Shown here one piece after another: positions 37,020 to 49,750 of a stretch of DNA of 64,000 nucleotides. This DNA comes from Macrostomum hystrix (taxonomy: Eukaryota; Animalia; Platyhelminthes), in NCBI GenBank assembly GCA_950097015.1, contig CATNEN010000003.1:3038001-3102000 (forward strand), given 5' to 3'. A model generated the notes under the pieces. The model had not been told where the DNA came from. It did not search any database and saw only the letters and a list, made by a program, of their open reading frames with translations. The position numbers and the translations under genes are program-made. Position 1 is the stretch's first letter; every line of letters begins with the position of its first letter.

Positions 37020-38035
37020 CATTTCTGTGAATTCGTCACTTTCTGTGAATTCGTCAATTTCTGTGAATTCGTCAATTTCTGTGAATTCGTCAATTTCTGT
37101 GAATTCGTCAATTTCTGTGAATTCATCAATTTATGTGAATTCGTCAATTTCTGTGAATTCGTCAATTTCTGTGAATTCATCAATTTATGTGAATTCGTCA
37201 ATTTCTGTGAATTCGTCAATTTCTGTGAATTCGTCAATTTCTGTGAATTCGTCAATTTCTGTGAATTCATCAATTTATGTGAATTCGTCAATTTCTGTGA
37301 ATTCGTCAATTTCTGTGAATTCATCAATTTATGTGAATTCGTCAATTTCTGTGAATTCGTCAATTTCTGTGAATTCGTCAATTTCTGTGAATTCATCAAT
37401 TTCTGTGAATTCATCAATTTCTGTGAATTCATCAATTTATGTGAATTCGTCAATTTCTGTGAATTCGTCAATTTCTGTGAATTCATCAATTTATGTGAAT
37501 TCATCAATTTCTGTGAATTCGTCAATTTCTGTGAATTCGTCAAACTCAGTGAATTCGTCAATTTCTGTGAATTCATCAATTTATGTGAATTTTTCAATTT
37601 CTGTGAATTTGTCAAACTCAGTGAATTCGTCAATTTCTGTGAATTCGTCAATTTCTGTGAATTCGTCAATTTCTGTGAATTCATCAATTTATGTGAATTC
37701 GTCAATTTCTGAAAATTCGTCAATTTCTGTGAATTCATCAATTTCTGTGAATTCATCAATTTATGTGAATTCGTCAATTTCTGTGAATTTGTCAAACTCA
37801 GTGAATTCGTCAATTTCTGTGAATTCATCAATTTATGTGAATTCGTCAATTTCTGTGAATTTGTCAAACTCAGTGAATTCGTCAATTTCTGTGAATTCGT
37901 CAATTTCTGTGAATTCGTCAATTTTTGTGAATTCGTCAAACTCAGTGAATTCGTCAATTTTTGTGAATTCGTCAAACTCAGTGAATTCGTCAATTTTTGT
38001 GAATTCGTCAAACTCAGTGAATTCGTCAATTTTCT
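37020..38035. repeat. 18-bp minisatellite (TGTGAATTCGTCAATTTC)n
   Basis: About 56 units; source of the spurious 367-aa and 336-aa ORFs. Confidence 0.97.
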
Positions 38036-41000
38036 AGCCTTTTGAGTTAGTATGTATTCTCCTTGAATGGCCGAGGTTCTGAAGTTGTTTAAATTAATTT
38101 TTAAATTACTAATTTTCGACATTTAGTTTTACGTGATTGTCCCACATTTTTCGTTTTAATCAATATAATTGTGGAGTTTTGAGCCATAGCATTTCTCCAC
38201 TTTATTAATTAGAAATATTGGATTGAAATTTTCACAACAGAATTTTGCATAAAAAATGTGAGCTATTTTGGGTTTGTATTATGTTAGAATAATTATCTTG
38301 CATTGTTTCGCTGAAATCACAATGATTCTGCAGTGTTAATTGATGAAAATTCATTAGGATCCGTATGCGATCTTTTTAGAAAACCGTACAGCTAGATACT
38401 CACATGCATATGCTTACTGGGCTTTATTGAGCACATCCGCGGAGCGCTCTTCACAGCGGGTGAAATATTTAACCAGCTTGGAAGATATGCAGGACGCATA
38501 TGTAAAGCCTAGAATCGTTTAATGCGAAACAGTTGGAAAGAATATCGATTAATGGCTACTGATTCTATTCAAAGAGACGCAATTCAGTTTTCGTGGATAT
38601 CTATAGCCCAATGTGCAGCTGTGAAACGCGTTGGGAAGACTAAGCAAGGACTTATTCTCAAAATTGTCATTAATACTGAGTCTCCTCAAATGCTGTTGAT
38701 TAAGTTCAATACCGCATACTCTCTGCTGGTCTTGATCCGGCCATATCTGCTTATAGTACGTGGCTTCAAAAAGTATAAAACATTGAAAATTGAAAATTCA
38801 TAAACTCGTACTTGAAGCAATTCTAACGAAGCGCTTTTAGACGTTGCATATTATTTGCATACATATTCATGCATATAAAGTAGAATGGAACCAATCATTG
38901 CACGTTTTCATACATATATTTGCAAATATTATTTGACAAAGGGGTCGCAATCATTTGTTGACACAAAACTAAAGCTTGAACTTATATATTAATTTACATA
39001 GATTCCAAACACAAGAGTAGCTAAGTCTTGTGTGACTATGACAGGGACTATAACTAAAAGCGGTCGCTGTCTGCTGCACATGTCAAAAATATTTTAGTAA
39101 ACTCGATCGTCAGACAGTGTATGTGACACGAAGAGGTTAATTTTACCAAACCTCTCTTTGCAGCTGTGCCCCAAACTAATGTGCTTACGTCGTTGTTAAT
39201 GAACAAACTAAGAGAATTAAATAGAAATGCCAACCCAAACCAACCACCACCGCTAGCCCTGAATATCTCTAGATTAAAAATAAGATTTAAAAGACTCCTG
39301 AGAGTAGATCCTGTAAAGCCCACCAAGTTCGACTACTCCTGGAACGATGGCAGATCACAGATAATAGATTTAACGCGAGGCTACTTGCTCGCGCTACTAT
39401 CATCGAGAGACTACAATTCGATATTACATTTTTTACTTTGAAAAAAAACTAATAATTTAGATCTGGGTAAAGCACATAAATTTGATAAATAAAAATGTTT
39501 GACAAAATTTCCAACGAGATAATATTATTTCTCACGATATAAAGTTGCTACATTCTTCAATTCTCAAAAAATTGTTTAAATTAACAAGTATCTACCTTAG
39601 TAACCTCAAAAAACATTTCAAAATGATTTGATTGAGTTCTTTGTGAAGAAAAGTTTCTTGGCGTGAAATTAGTACCGTTTATTAGTCGTGTTTAGCAATT
39701 AGCTTACTATATATTCTCGCTTCTTTATTTAGGCTTGATGTTTTTCACAAGTTTTATCAAATACAGGAAGGAATGCAAATCATCTTTTTGTATTGACAGT
39801 TTCCCATCCAATTCATTCAGAAGAATTCTCGACTCTTGAGCGAGCCCTGTGTCTTTGACACAATTGAACGCTACTTTATTTCTGTCTTCGATGCTAAATT
39901 ATGGACTAATCTTACTCTTCACTGTTGTGAACAGTTCCAATTGAGCACCAACTCCATGCGCTTGTTTTTAACTGCTTTTTGTATATTATAAGTACTAAGT
40001 ATTCGTTTTCATTTATCTTGCTGGTGCACTATAGAAGTATCATTGTCCTGCACAAATTAGTAGTTACTAGTTATATATTTTTTATTTGTTTTTTTAACAT
40101 GCTTTCTTTAAATTATTTAGAAACTGTAGTTAATACTATTTACTTTTTTTACAGCTCAATTTGTAAAACTGGGGACAACCCATTACTAATGTTGTGTGCT
40201 TGCTACCACTAGCAACTATAAACTTTTTCAGATATTCAGACATGCAGTTATATTTTTACTATGTGATTTTCCAATTGAGGGGTAATTTTAATATATAAAC
40301 TAAGACTGAGTAAAATGGTTTATATTCAGTTCTCTAACAATTAACTTTTTAACGTTAGCCAAAATTCACTTTTAGAATTTTATATAGCTTTTATAAATTA
40401 TAGTTTTCAAAAAAATATATTTCTTCTTTTTTATTTTTAGTTCAGTTAGCAGAAGTTATTTAACTTTTTTGTTTTAAATTCAAAGTTAATATTAGAAAAT
40501 GCGCTACTGAAAAAGCACTATCCTTTTTGTCTTGCTTCTTTTGAAATGTTTTTATTTTGTTATTACAGTTATGTATAGATTAAAAGCTGTAAGTGCTCAG
40601 CATATTGTAGCTAGCTTTCTAGAAAAATTGTAAAAATCATTTGCATGGATTATTTAACTGGTATAATAATTTTTTGTCTCCTAGTAAGTTGCAATTTTAA
40701 TATCTGTGGGTGTAAACACATGAACTATATGAATCATGCAAATAGCTTAATTAACTTTTCTTAGTTGGCTAAGTAGCTTGGAGCCAAACACTAACATGAA
40801 TGGTTATTTATATGAAGTTAAGGCTCAATTCAGAGTGAAAGCATGAATCTATGCAAATCAAACTTTTTGGTTTAAATAGTTGATATCTGTTTTTCATCTC
40901 AGATATTTTGAATGTATTTTGGATCGATATTTAGATTATGATTATGTTAAAAACACTTAAAATGTATTGACTTTCCAGTTATTTTTACAAAAGTTTTCAT

Positions 41001-41182
41001 TAGTTTACTTTTGTTACATATATTTTGATTAAAATTTTACATAAGTTATACAAATAAGAATGTTAATTAATTTCAATTAATTTTTTGCACAGTTTTTTTT
41101 CTTTAAGCTTGAATCTAAAGAGTAGTTAAGACAACAAAAAATGTTCTAGCAGCTATTCTCCAATTCAGTGAGCAGTTGCAGA

Positions 41183-43689
41183 ATGGCATCAATGCGTAGA
41201 GCTTATCAGGAGCAGCAGGCGAGGCAGCTCCGCACAGAGCAGGTTCGCGAGGACCGAGTCAAGGAGATTGTTCAGAACAGGCGAGCTGAAGAAGCTTTGC
41301 ACAATGATGAAAAGGTGAGACGTTTTAGTTATCTATATAATTATCTTGTGGATAATAGGCAATTCATCCTACTGCTAGTAGTCTGAATCCCACTTAAAAT
41401 ATGCCGTAAAAATCTAGATTGAGAAGAAGCGCCTGCTGCGCCTAGCCGAGCAGCAGCGCCAAGAGTTGGAGCTGGGCGACCGGCTGACCCGGGCTGCTGC
41501 TGATCGCCAGATGCGCGACCGGCAGCGAGAGCAAGAGGAGCAGCTCGCCAGACAGCTGGAGCGCATCAAGGCCGAGGCCACCAAAGACGAAAAGATGCGC
41601 CAGCAGGTGAGGAGATTATAGTTCAGTAAAAGTTCGTTGTTTAATTGAAAAAAGTTATTCCCTTGCAACTCAAAAAGCTCCATAAACGAATTTTGTGAAT
41701 GAAAACAGTTTTTTTACTTTTGAAGAACGGACTATCAATTTTAAAATTGTCTTTAAAATTATCTTGAAGATAATTTAGAGAAAATACCCCCTTTAAAGTT
41801 ATCTTGCAGTCGTTACTAATTCTTCACTATCCCCCCCTCCGCCAGGTCCGCGAGAGCAGCACCGAGATTCGCGAGCTTGAAGCCAAATTGCGCGCCGCCT
41901 ACGTTGCCAAAGAGCGCGCCGCCCAGATGGCCGAGCGCCGGGCTCGCGAATACGACGAGATGCACGGCGACGCTGAACTGATGCGCCAGATGGCTGAAGA
42001 GGCCGAACGGGCCCGCATCGCTGACGAAGAGCGGCGCGTGATAAAGGTACGACTTCGACCTTTTTTCAATAGTAATAATAATAAGTGCAGTAGGGCTGCG
42101 GGCAATGGCACATCATTTGGTGTCACTAGACCCGCAGCCAGCGAGGAGAAAACTCTGCCCCTTTCGTTGACTCCTGAGCACACACGCACACAGATACCGT
42201 AGGCAGGCACACGCTCACACAGTTGTGTACATCTGTCCTGACTTTCTCGTCATCAGGCAGTGTAGTGCGCTTTATCTGTGCCGTGGAGGCTGGTGCCCAA
42301 GGATGTAAATCTTTTATTTTAGTATCGTAGACTAGCTCGTGAAAACCCTCAAAAAAATTAATTATTGCCTATTATATACGTTATTATTTGTATAATGGAC
42401 TAGCAATGTGGGCCCCATTTTTTTATTTTTTGCAAATTCTAGGCTCAGGAGAAGGCTGAGTACCAGGCTCAACTAGAGCGTCAGCTGGAGGATCAGGAGC
42501 GCGCTCGTCATGCTGCCTACGCCGAGTTCCTGAAAGAGAAGCTCATGATCGATGAGATTGTTCGCCGCCTGCACGACGAAGACGAACGCGAGCGTCAGCG
42601 CGAGCTAGAGAAGCGCCACGCCACCCAGCAGTACATTCGCGAGTTTCAGGCCGAGCGCGCCGCCTGGAAGGACGCCGAGCGTCGCCGCCTGGAGGCCGAG
42701 AACGAGCGCATCAAGCGCTTTCTACAGTCGCAGGGTGCTCGCGAGGCGGCCGTGGCTGCCGAGAGGCGCGCCCGCGAGGAGGCCCAGGATCGGGTGCGCG
42801 CCGAGCTGCACGCGCGAATCCAAGCGGAGGAGGCCGCTAGAAGGGAGCTGGAGGAGGTGAGAGAATCGAGTAGACCGCATGAGCAGCCATAAAATTAGTT
42901 CCCATCTAACGAACCAGAGCAAATATTTTTTTAACTAAGGTCCGTCAAGAACTCGTCGAAGAAGAAACCGCCGCCCGCGCTCGTAGAGATGAGCGTGACG
43001 AAGCTGAGCGTCGGATCCGTCAGCGCCTGGAGATGCGCGCCCAGCACGAGCAGCAGCTGGCCGCTAAGGAGGCCCGGCTGGCGGCTGAGCGCGCCGAGGA
43101 GGAGCGCTTCCGCGAGCAGATGCTGGCCAAATTCGCTGAGGACGACCGGCTCGAGCAGATGAACGCCCAAAAGCGTAGACTAAAACAGGCCGAGCACAAG
43201 CGCGAGGTCGAGCGCCTGCTGGAGGAGCGTCGGGTCGCATTCGCCGCCCGTCGCGAACAAGAAGACGCCGCCGCTGATCAGGAGCGTCGCCAGGAGGAGT
43301 ACAGGCGTCGCATTGTGGAGGAGGAGCGGCAGAGACTGGTTCGGGAGCACGCAAGCAAGTGAGTAGCGAGTGTTAAATTCTTAAGGAATTAATCGCGTCG
43401 GTGGATGAATAGTAAGAAATGGGGTAGCGCCCGCCTTTCACACCAGGGTTCGAATCCGTGACTTGGTTATTCATTTTCAATTAATAAATTGATTATTCAC
43501 CAACTTCATAACGCTTCTTATCCTGCGTCGAAAAAACAAGACTCATCGCACTCCTCCCATCCACAAAGACTCATCGGCTACCTGCCTCGCGGTGTGATCC
43601 TGTCCGAAGCGGACCTGGAGCTGCTTGGACCAGAGGCCGCTGCCGAATATCGTCGTCGCCGAGCCGAAGACGGCGAGGATGATTTCTGA
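41183..43689 (+). CDS. MNS1: Meiosis-specific nuclear structural protein 1 (axonemal coiled-coil, TPH domain), 491 aa; exons 41183-41314, 41418-41606, 41846-42046, 42443-42856, 42940-43358, 43569-43689
   Basis: Diagnostic segments KDEKMRQQVRESSTEIRELEAKLRAAYVAKERAAQMAE, AYAEFLKEKLMIDEIVRR, MLAKFAEDDRLEQMNAQKRRLKQAEHKREVERLLEERR and LIGYLPRGVI. All introns GT-AG, 1476 nt in frame. Confidence 0.95.
42150..42310 (-). mobile_element. 5'-truncated SINE, family B, copy C (MNS1 intron 3)
   Basis: CTCTGCCC..GACTCCTGAGCACACACGCACACAGATACCGT..GTGTACATCTG..CAGGCAGTGTA matches copies A and B; tRNA head missing. Confidence 0.8.
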
Positions 43690-44601
43690 GCCTAGGAGAC
43701 TCTCGTTGGAGGCTGGGAAATTATTTACCCCATTTGTTCACAAGGACACTTTCTTTTTTATTACTAATGAAATATAACAAATGGCTCGTAATATTTGCAG
43801 TTGTGCCTTTTTCTTGTGAAATTTGTGTTTTTTCATCCCTTTAGCACTTTCACTTGAGACCAAGTACGAAAAAAAAGTTGAAAAAATTATTTTCCTGTTT
43901 TTAATATTTCCATCCAACTTATCATGAATTGGTCAGTAGAATGGACGCAGTGTTTGTGAAAGTCGCATAATTAATCTAATAGATTATTTGACGGCCTGCA
44001 TTCTCCCAGAATTTTCCGTCTATGAAAAATAGACCTTTTCTTCTCGATCGATCTCTTTCGGTGTTTAAAGTGCTTGCAAATATTTGCAAGGCTCTAAATT
44101 TTATCAAAGCCGTTGCTAAAACTCCCCCAAAAGCCGAGAAAGGCTTCACAAAGTTGCTTATTAGCTACGTGGTTGGTTTATTTTCTTTGTGCACTACTTT
44201 TGACCCGATGGTTAGTAGTGTTGTGCGCAAGTTTTTAATTTTTATTTTAAATTTGTCTCTAAATACATAAGTAATAAAACGCTTTTGGCTCTATAGCTGA
44301 GGCATGTAATTGTGGCGAATAAAGTAAAACAAATAATAAATAAATATCGACTTTGTAAAATGTGTAAAATGCTGGTTAGTTATTGTCAGTTTGGTAGAAT
44401 TACAGTCTAAGTGACACTTATTAGAATCGTTGCTAATCACATAAGTATATGTCTAGATTTTCTTTCTTTTTTTAGAATTGTTTAATTTTCTTAATCTGTT
44501 TTGGAATTACGAGCTAATGAGGTCTAGGCCTATAGTCTAGACCACGGATATCAGTTTCATCGCCAGCCTTATCGTCTTCTTCGACACTATATGTACATAT
44601 A

Positions 44602-45917
44602 CACTCAGCAACATTGAAAAGTTTCCACCCTAGCGCGCGAAGCGTCAACGTTTTGGTGGGTGGAGATATTAGTGGTTTGAGTCATAGACAAATATAAAAT
44701 CCGGATTCGAACGAAGCAAACGAACAGCAAAGAAATTACGCGAGCATCTGGTGCCAACTGGCCCAGAACAGGGTCAGTAACGCGTATAGCAGCAGAGCGC
44801 ACACTCTCCGGGCATACCCACAACCAGGCGTCGCAGAAAATCTTTCGGTAGCTGTTGCCATGCAGTAGACAGTGATTCGCGGTAGACAGTTATTCCGAAG
44901 TAGTCAGTCCTTCAGATGCACCACAGCGGCTGCGCGATGCGGTGGGGCGTTGTCGTCTTGGAGGACGCTGTTCCCCACGCCACCACATGAAGCATCAATG
45001 AAGGGCAGCAGCGTCTGTAGAAGGTTGGCTTGGCAAAAAAATTGGCAAATACGACTCGGCAGTCACAGTCACATCCAGGAACACAAGCTCCGTCTTTGCG
45101 TGCATTGTGATGCCTGCCCACACGTGAATAGAAGCTGACTGGCTCTCTGAGTTTTGCACGTGCTGCGGCAGCATCTCCTGGCGTGGCTGGCGCCACACGC
45201 GAATGCGGCCGTCGGCACGGAACAATCGAAAGCGGCTATCATCCGAGAAAATCACTCGCCGCCACTGCTGCTGCCTCCACTGGACCCTTTGCATTGCCCA
45301 TTGTTGCCGGCTGGCCACATGGGTTGGGGTCAGGCGTGGCCGTTTGCGCATCTTACGGGATCAGAGCCCCGACTCCCGCTATTGTCGTCGGATGGTTTGG
45401 GCGCTCAGAATATCCCCTCGCCTGCTTCTTTCAGCCCACATCAGCCGTAGCAGGGTGGCTGGCAATGTGGGGCTTCCCTTCGACATTCGCAGCGATCGCC
45501 GGTCCGCCCTCCTAGTTGTACTGCGCAAATTGAGCCGCCGGCCGCGCGTGGCTAGCGCCACGCTGCCAGTTTCTCTGCACTTGATCTGCAGTTTGCGGAT
45601 TGCTGTGCGAGACCGCCCAATTTGGCGAGTAATAGCTCGGATGGACACCCCAGCGTCCAGCATGCCAACGGCGCGCGCTCGTTCCAGGTCGGTCATTTGG
45701 CGAACCATTCCGTTTGGTTGCGAACGTGGATCATAGACTCCTGTAAGCTGACTGCTACATGTGAATGTTTCCTTCGACTTGTCTGGCGTCTATGGCCCAA
45801 GTGCGTGTTGACGAAATCATCAATCGTCTATGGCACAAGTCTGGCGACCAAAACCGGTTTTGAAACTCTAAATATACAACTTGCGCGAGGGTGGAAACTT
45901 TTCAATGTTGCTGAGTG
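44602..45917 (-). mobile_element. Defective Tc1-like transposon, 1316 bp
   Basis: Perfect ~30-bp TIRs CACTCAGCAACATTGAAAAGTTTCCACCCT with TA on both sides. Transposase from 45708 (paired-like HTH, WRRVIFSDDSRF, VWAGI, LQDDNAPPHRA) has an in-frame stop and frameshifts, and lacks the SPDLNPIE region. Confidence 0.93.
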
Positions 45918-46244
45918 TATATTCGTCGAGTTTAAAAAAGCCTTTCAAGGCTGCTTTGACTTATTCTCTGAATCAGCCAGTCTCTGTGGTCGACTGGCAC
46001 ATCAGCGCGAGGTGTTTTTCATCATAGTGTATCACTTTGGATTGAGAGGTAGAGAATGGATCAGATCTCTAAGCAAAGATGATTTTGTCGTGAAGTATAT
46101 TCGATTTATTTATTATTATTGCTGTTCAAATAAATGATTTATTTTCCGCTTGCGCGAAAAACGGAGCCTTTTATCATTCTAGAATCTAGACAACTCACAA
46201 AATACAAGCAGCATTGCATGCTTGCGGCAAGTGAGGTGTAGTGA

Positions 46245-46660
46245 TAATGGAACTTTACTGGTTGGGTGCCGAGCAAGTTAATGGCGGTCGATCGAGGCGC
46301 GTAGCGCCGAGATCGTAATCGCCATTAACTGCGAGGCAGCCAACCGGTAAAAGCATTATAAGGCTTCAGGCCATAGACAAATCAACTCCTCCTATAACGC
46401 TATCTGGCGGCTGTCGGTCGACAAGCAACGGCGTTATAGGGGGAGTTGATTTGTCTATGGCCTGAAGCCTTATAATGCTTTTACCGGTTGGTAAAATACT
46501 TTAATTGATAATTGAAAAGAAACAAATATAAGCGTCCAAATTTTGTCAGCTTCTGGCTCATGGCGGATTGGCGCAGTTTGTGCCATAGACATGCCATTAT
46601 CGCTGAGTGATCGTTTATACCATAATACGTTGCTGAAGCCTTATAATGAGTTCCAGTTAA
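46245..46660. mobile_element. Multi-hairpin non-coding element (possible Crypton-like or MITE derivative)
   Basis: Hairpin around GAGGCGCGTAGCGCCGAG (46260-46345), near-perfect 61-bp inverted arms 46340-46400 / 46431-46491, and outer inverted ends TAATGGAACT / AGTTCCAGTTA. Family assignment is inference. Confidence 0.55.
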
Positions 46661-46867
46661 TGCTCTAGTTGCTTAGTCGAACCCAGACACCCATAGACAA
46701 ATGCGTACAGAAAAACAAAGTCAACCACTTCTTTCTACTATAAATCAATATCAAGAGAAGCTACAGAGGTATGCATACCATATTCTCCAATCATTTCTGC
46801 TGTCTATGGTGAAAGGCGGCACTCAGCTTCACCTCGGTCAATAAATTTGCGCCTTGATTCTTCCACC

Positions 46868-47406
46868 CTAGGAAGCCAAAATCAAAGAGAAATATAGCCC
46901 AAAAGAGCCCATTTCGTCAAAGTAGATCAGTAGCTTCCCCAATCCATCGGTCATGATCCAGTGGGCAAAGTCACGACGTTCCTGCTTGATGCGGTCGGCA
47001 TTCCGTGCCTCTGGGATGGTGCGTAGTAGCTTTAGAGTAATCAATCTTCCGCCCAGAGCACGGCTTATGGTTTGAATGGTACAGGGTTGCCAGTTTCGGA
47101 ACAACATAATCAAGCGTTGCCTTGCCGCATGTCATTGAGCGTCATGGTGGGTGTTTCACCAACAAATTCAACAAGGCTGTCGAGCATAGCTTCAGTTAAA
47201 GCTTTTGGCTTATTTCCACCTCGTCTCAATGCCTGAACACGTCCACTTTGTTCGTATTTAACGATAACATTTGTGGCAGACTGACGTGGAATGTTTATCT
47301 GTCTCGCTAGTTGCTGCCAATCGACATTGCCAATAAAGGCGTCGATGAGTCTTCGCCGGTCCTTCTCAGAGATTGTAACTCTACGAATGCCTACAGCTGC
47401 CGCCAT
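46868..47406 (-). pseudogene. IS630/Tc1-superfamily transposase fragment (HTH up to first catalytic Asp), frameshifted and truncated
   Basis: ISEKDRRRLIDAF...RRGGNKPKAL...PTMTL, then TISRAL...ITLK..R.IPEARN...KQERRDFA...LIYFDEMG. Confidence 0.8.
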
Positions 47407-47526
47407 GATTACTATAAATAAAATTCACTTTGACTAAAATCAAGTCGTAGAAAGATTAAAAAGCGCTGCACTTGACTAAATCGATTTCATTTCTTTACTA
47501 TTGTCTACGGTAAACTCCGAGTGCTG

Positions 47527-47684
47527 AATAAGTATAAGTTATCACCCACTTTTTTTATTTATTTTGGCCGGGAACGGCTGAGGACTAGTTTATTGGCCGA
47601 GGCGAAGCCGAGGCCAAGAAACGATGTCCGAAGACGTTTTCGGCCATAGATAAGTCAAACAAGTGGGTGATAATGTATTTATTC
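47527..47684. repeat. Inverted-repeat element centred on GGCCGAGGCGAAGCCGAGGCC
   Basis: Arms AATAAGTATAAGTTATCACCCACTT / AAGTGGGTGATAATGTATTTATT plus a central GC hairpin. Confidence 0.6.
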
Positions 47685-47981
47685 CACAGTTGAATCCAGA
47701 TAATTGTCACCGGACCAGATAAATGTTTATCTGTCCCGGCCAGATAAATTTCAGCGGCCAAATAAATACATTTATCTGGTCTATGGGCCAATCCAACTGG
47801 GGAATAAATCAAACTCACTTTTCTAGGACTGAGCTGGCCAAGGACTAAATAAACTTCACTTATGTCCAAAAAAATGTTAAAAGGTATATTCATATTGCAT
47901 AGTTTCTAGTGATTGAGTTTGTCCCGACTTTTCGGGTTATAAATAGAAATGTCTATGGTAAATTCGACAGCTACTTAGTTA

Positions 47982-49750
47982 TGGTATTGGTTTTGTCAGC
48001 CTAACTGAGAATAAAGCCACCCAAAATGAGAATCCTGCCTACGCTGACTGCGAAGGGCCTGGCTGCGTGCAGCCATAGTCTCTGGGCCATAGACAATAAA
48101 GGACAAGCAAAGTGATAAAAGCCATCCAATGTGAGAATCGATTGGTCCATGCGTCGTATTCTTTTATTTTTATACCTTCAGAGCCATATGACTAGCCAAT
48201 AGCTTGAACGGAATAACGGAAACAGGAACACACTGGATGATACAGTACAGTAAAGTAAAGAGTTAAAATAGCCGTCCCTCAATGCACTGCCCAAAGAGTC
48301 GTCTGCAATGCAGGTCCCACGCGGCAGCCTTCCCAGCAGTGACTGTGTCGTCAATCGCTTCGCGCGCCTCCCTCTCTAACAGCATGAATCGCCACTCCTC
48401 TTTGTTGACGCCATCTGGAGCAACGGCCTCCTCGTTGACTAGTCCAGCGTCTGCCAGGCGGCTTTTGATCCGTGCCTTCAGCGCACTGTTGGCCAGTTCC
48501 GATGGGTTGAGGAAGGGTGTAAGTTCTCCCTTAGTGAGCTTCCATTTTCAATGGCCGCGATGAGTCGCTGGCGGTCCACAGATGAGGCGGGAATTTTTAT
48601 TGCAGTGGCGAAGACGGAACTCTGTTAATTCTAAGTGTTGGATAATTAGGCAAGAAAGCAACGAGACTGTGGGTGATGGAGAAGAAGTGATGGAGGAGTT
48701 GCGCTTGGAGGAGTGGAGAGAGCTGGGGGAAAGAGAAAAAGCGATCGATTCTCACATTGGATGGCTTTTCATCACTTTGCTTGTCCTTTATTGTCTATGG
48801 CCCATAGACTAAGGCTGCACGCAGCCAGGCCCTTCGCAGTCAGCGTAGGCAGGATTCTCATTTTGGGTGGCTTTAGGGATGCCAACCGGTTTTTAAACCG
48901 GTTTTTAGCAGGAAAACCGGTTCTAAAAAACCCGGTTTTTTTGTCCGGTTTTTTGACGGTTTTTAATGGGTTTTTTATTTTAATTATGTCTCACAGAGTC
49001 ACAATTTTTGCACTTTGGAGACAAAATAACTGGTAACAAAATTTGCTTCGTGGTGGCAGCGCTACTAAGTCCTTTCAAATTGAACATTAAACTTAAAATT
49101 AAATCTAAGTTGAACTTGAAGTATAAATCTAAATTGGGGCCTAATCTAAAACTATCTAAGTCTAAACCTAAAAACATCAAGGGTTCGCCGTTTCTAATCT
49201 AACCATCCCAGGGTACCGCCATTTCGAGACTGTGACCAGTTTGCCTTGGCCAAAATCATCAAATTAATCAATCATTGCTACCAGTGCATCATTAAGTTTA
49301 AAGTTATTATTCAGCAAAATTAAGAGTTCGCGAATTAGTTACGAACTGATCCGATTTATAATTAAGTTCGCATTGGGTCTTTATTTTAGTTCGCGTTTAG
49401 TTCGCATTGGCTACGGAACGATTCCGAAGAAAGTCCACGGAAAATTTGAATTGGCGCGATATTCAATTTCCGCGAAACCTAACTATAACAAATTTAAAAT
49501 TAATAATTCCAAGAAATTTTTTTTATTTTTAATCGGCACGCACACCTTTAACAAAGTCACGATTGTATATAAGTTCTATCTTCTATGCTTATTTAGTGCT
49601 TTTTAAAAACTTGGCAAACAAACCGGTTTTTAAAGACCGGTTTTCTTATAAAAGGCGGTTTTCAAACCGGTTAACCGGTACTCAAAAAGGTCCGGTTTTT
49701 GGCATCTCTAGGTGGCTTTATTCTCAGTTAGGCAGACAAAACCAATACTA
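47982..49750 (-). mobile_element. Internally deleted IS630/Tc1-like element with ~160-bp TIRs; right TIR split by a hAT MITE
   Basis: Left TIR 47982-48143 pairs with 48743-48873 plus 49711-49750; TA at both ends. The interior joins an N-terminal piece (DRQRLIAAIENG) to a C-terminal piece (PFLNPSELANSALKARIK...WDLHCRRLFGQCIEG). Confidence 0.8.
48874..49710. mobile_element. hAT-type MITE, 837 bp
   Basis: TIRs TAGGGATGCCA / TGGCATCTCTA (Ac-like); perfect 8-bp TSD GGTGGCTT; sub-terminal AACCGG repeats. Confidence 0.92.

Noticed and set aside
37019-38122. 367-aa and 336-aa repeat ORFs
   Set aside because: Products of the 18-bp tandem array; no unique coding context or splice support.
38420-38480. 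TSAER-LF-TAGEI, resembling a hAT dimerisation motif
   Set aside because: Needs a frameshift and is too short to support; no flanking TIRs identified.
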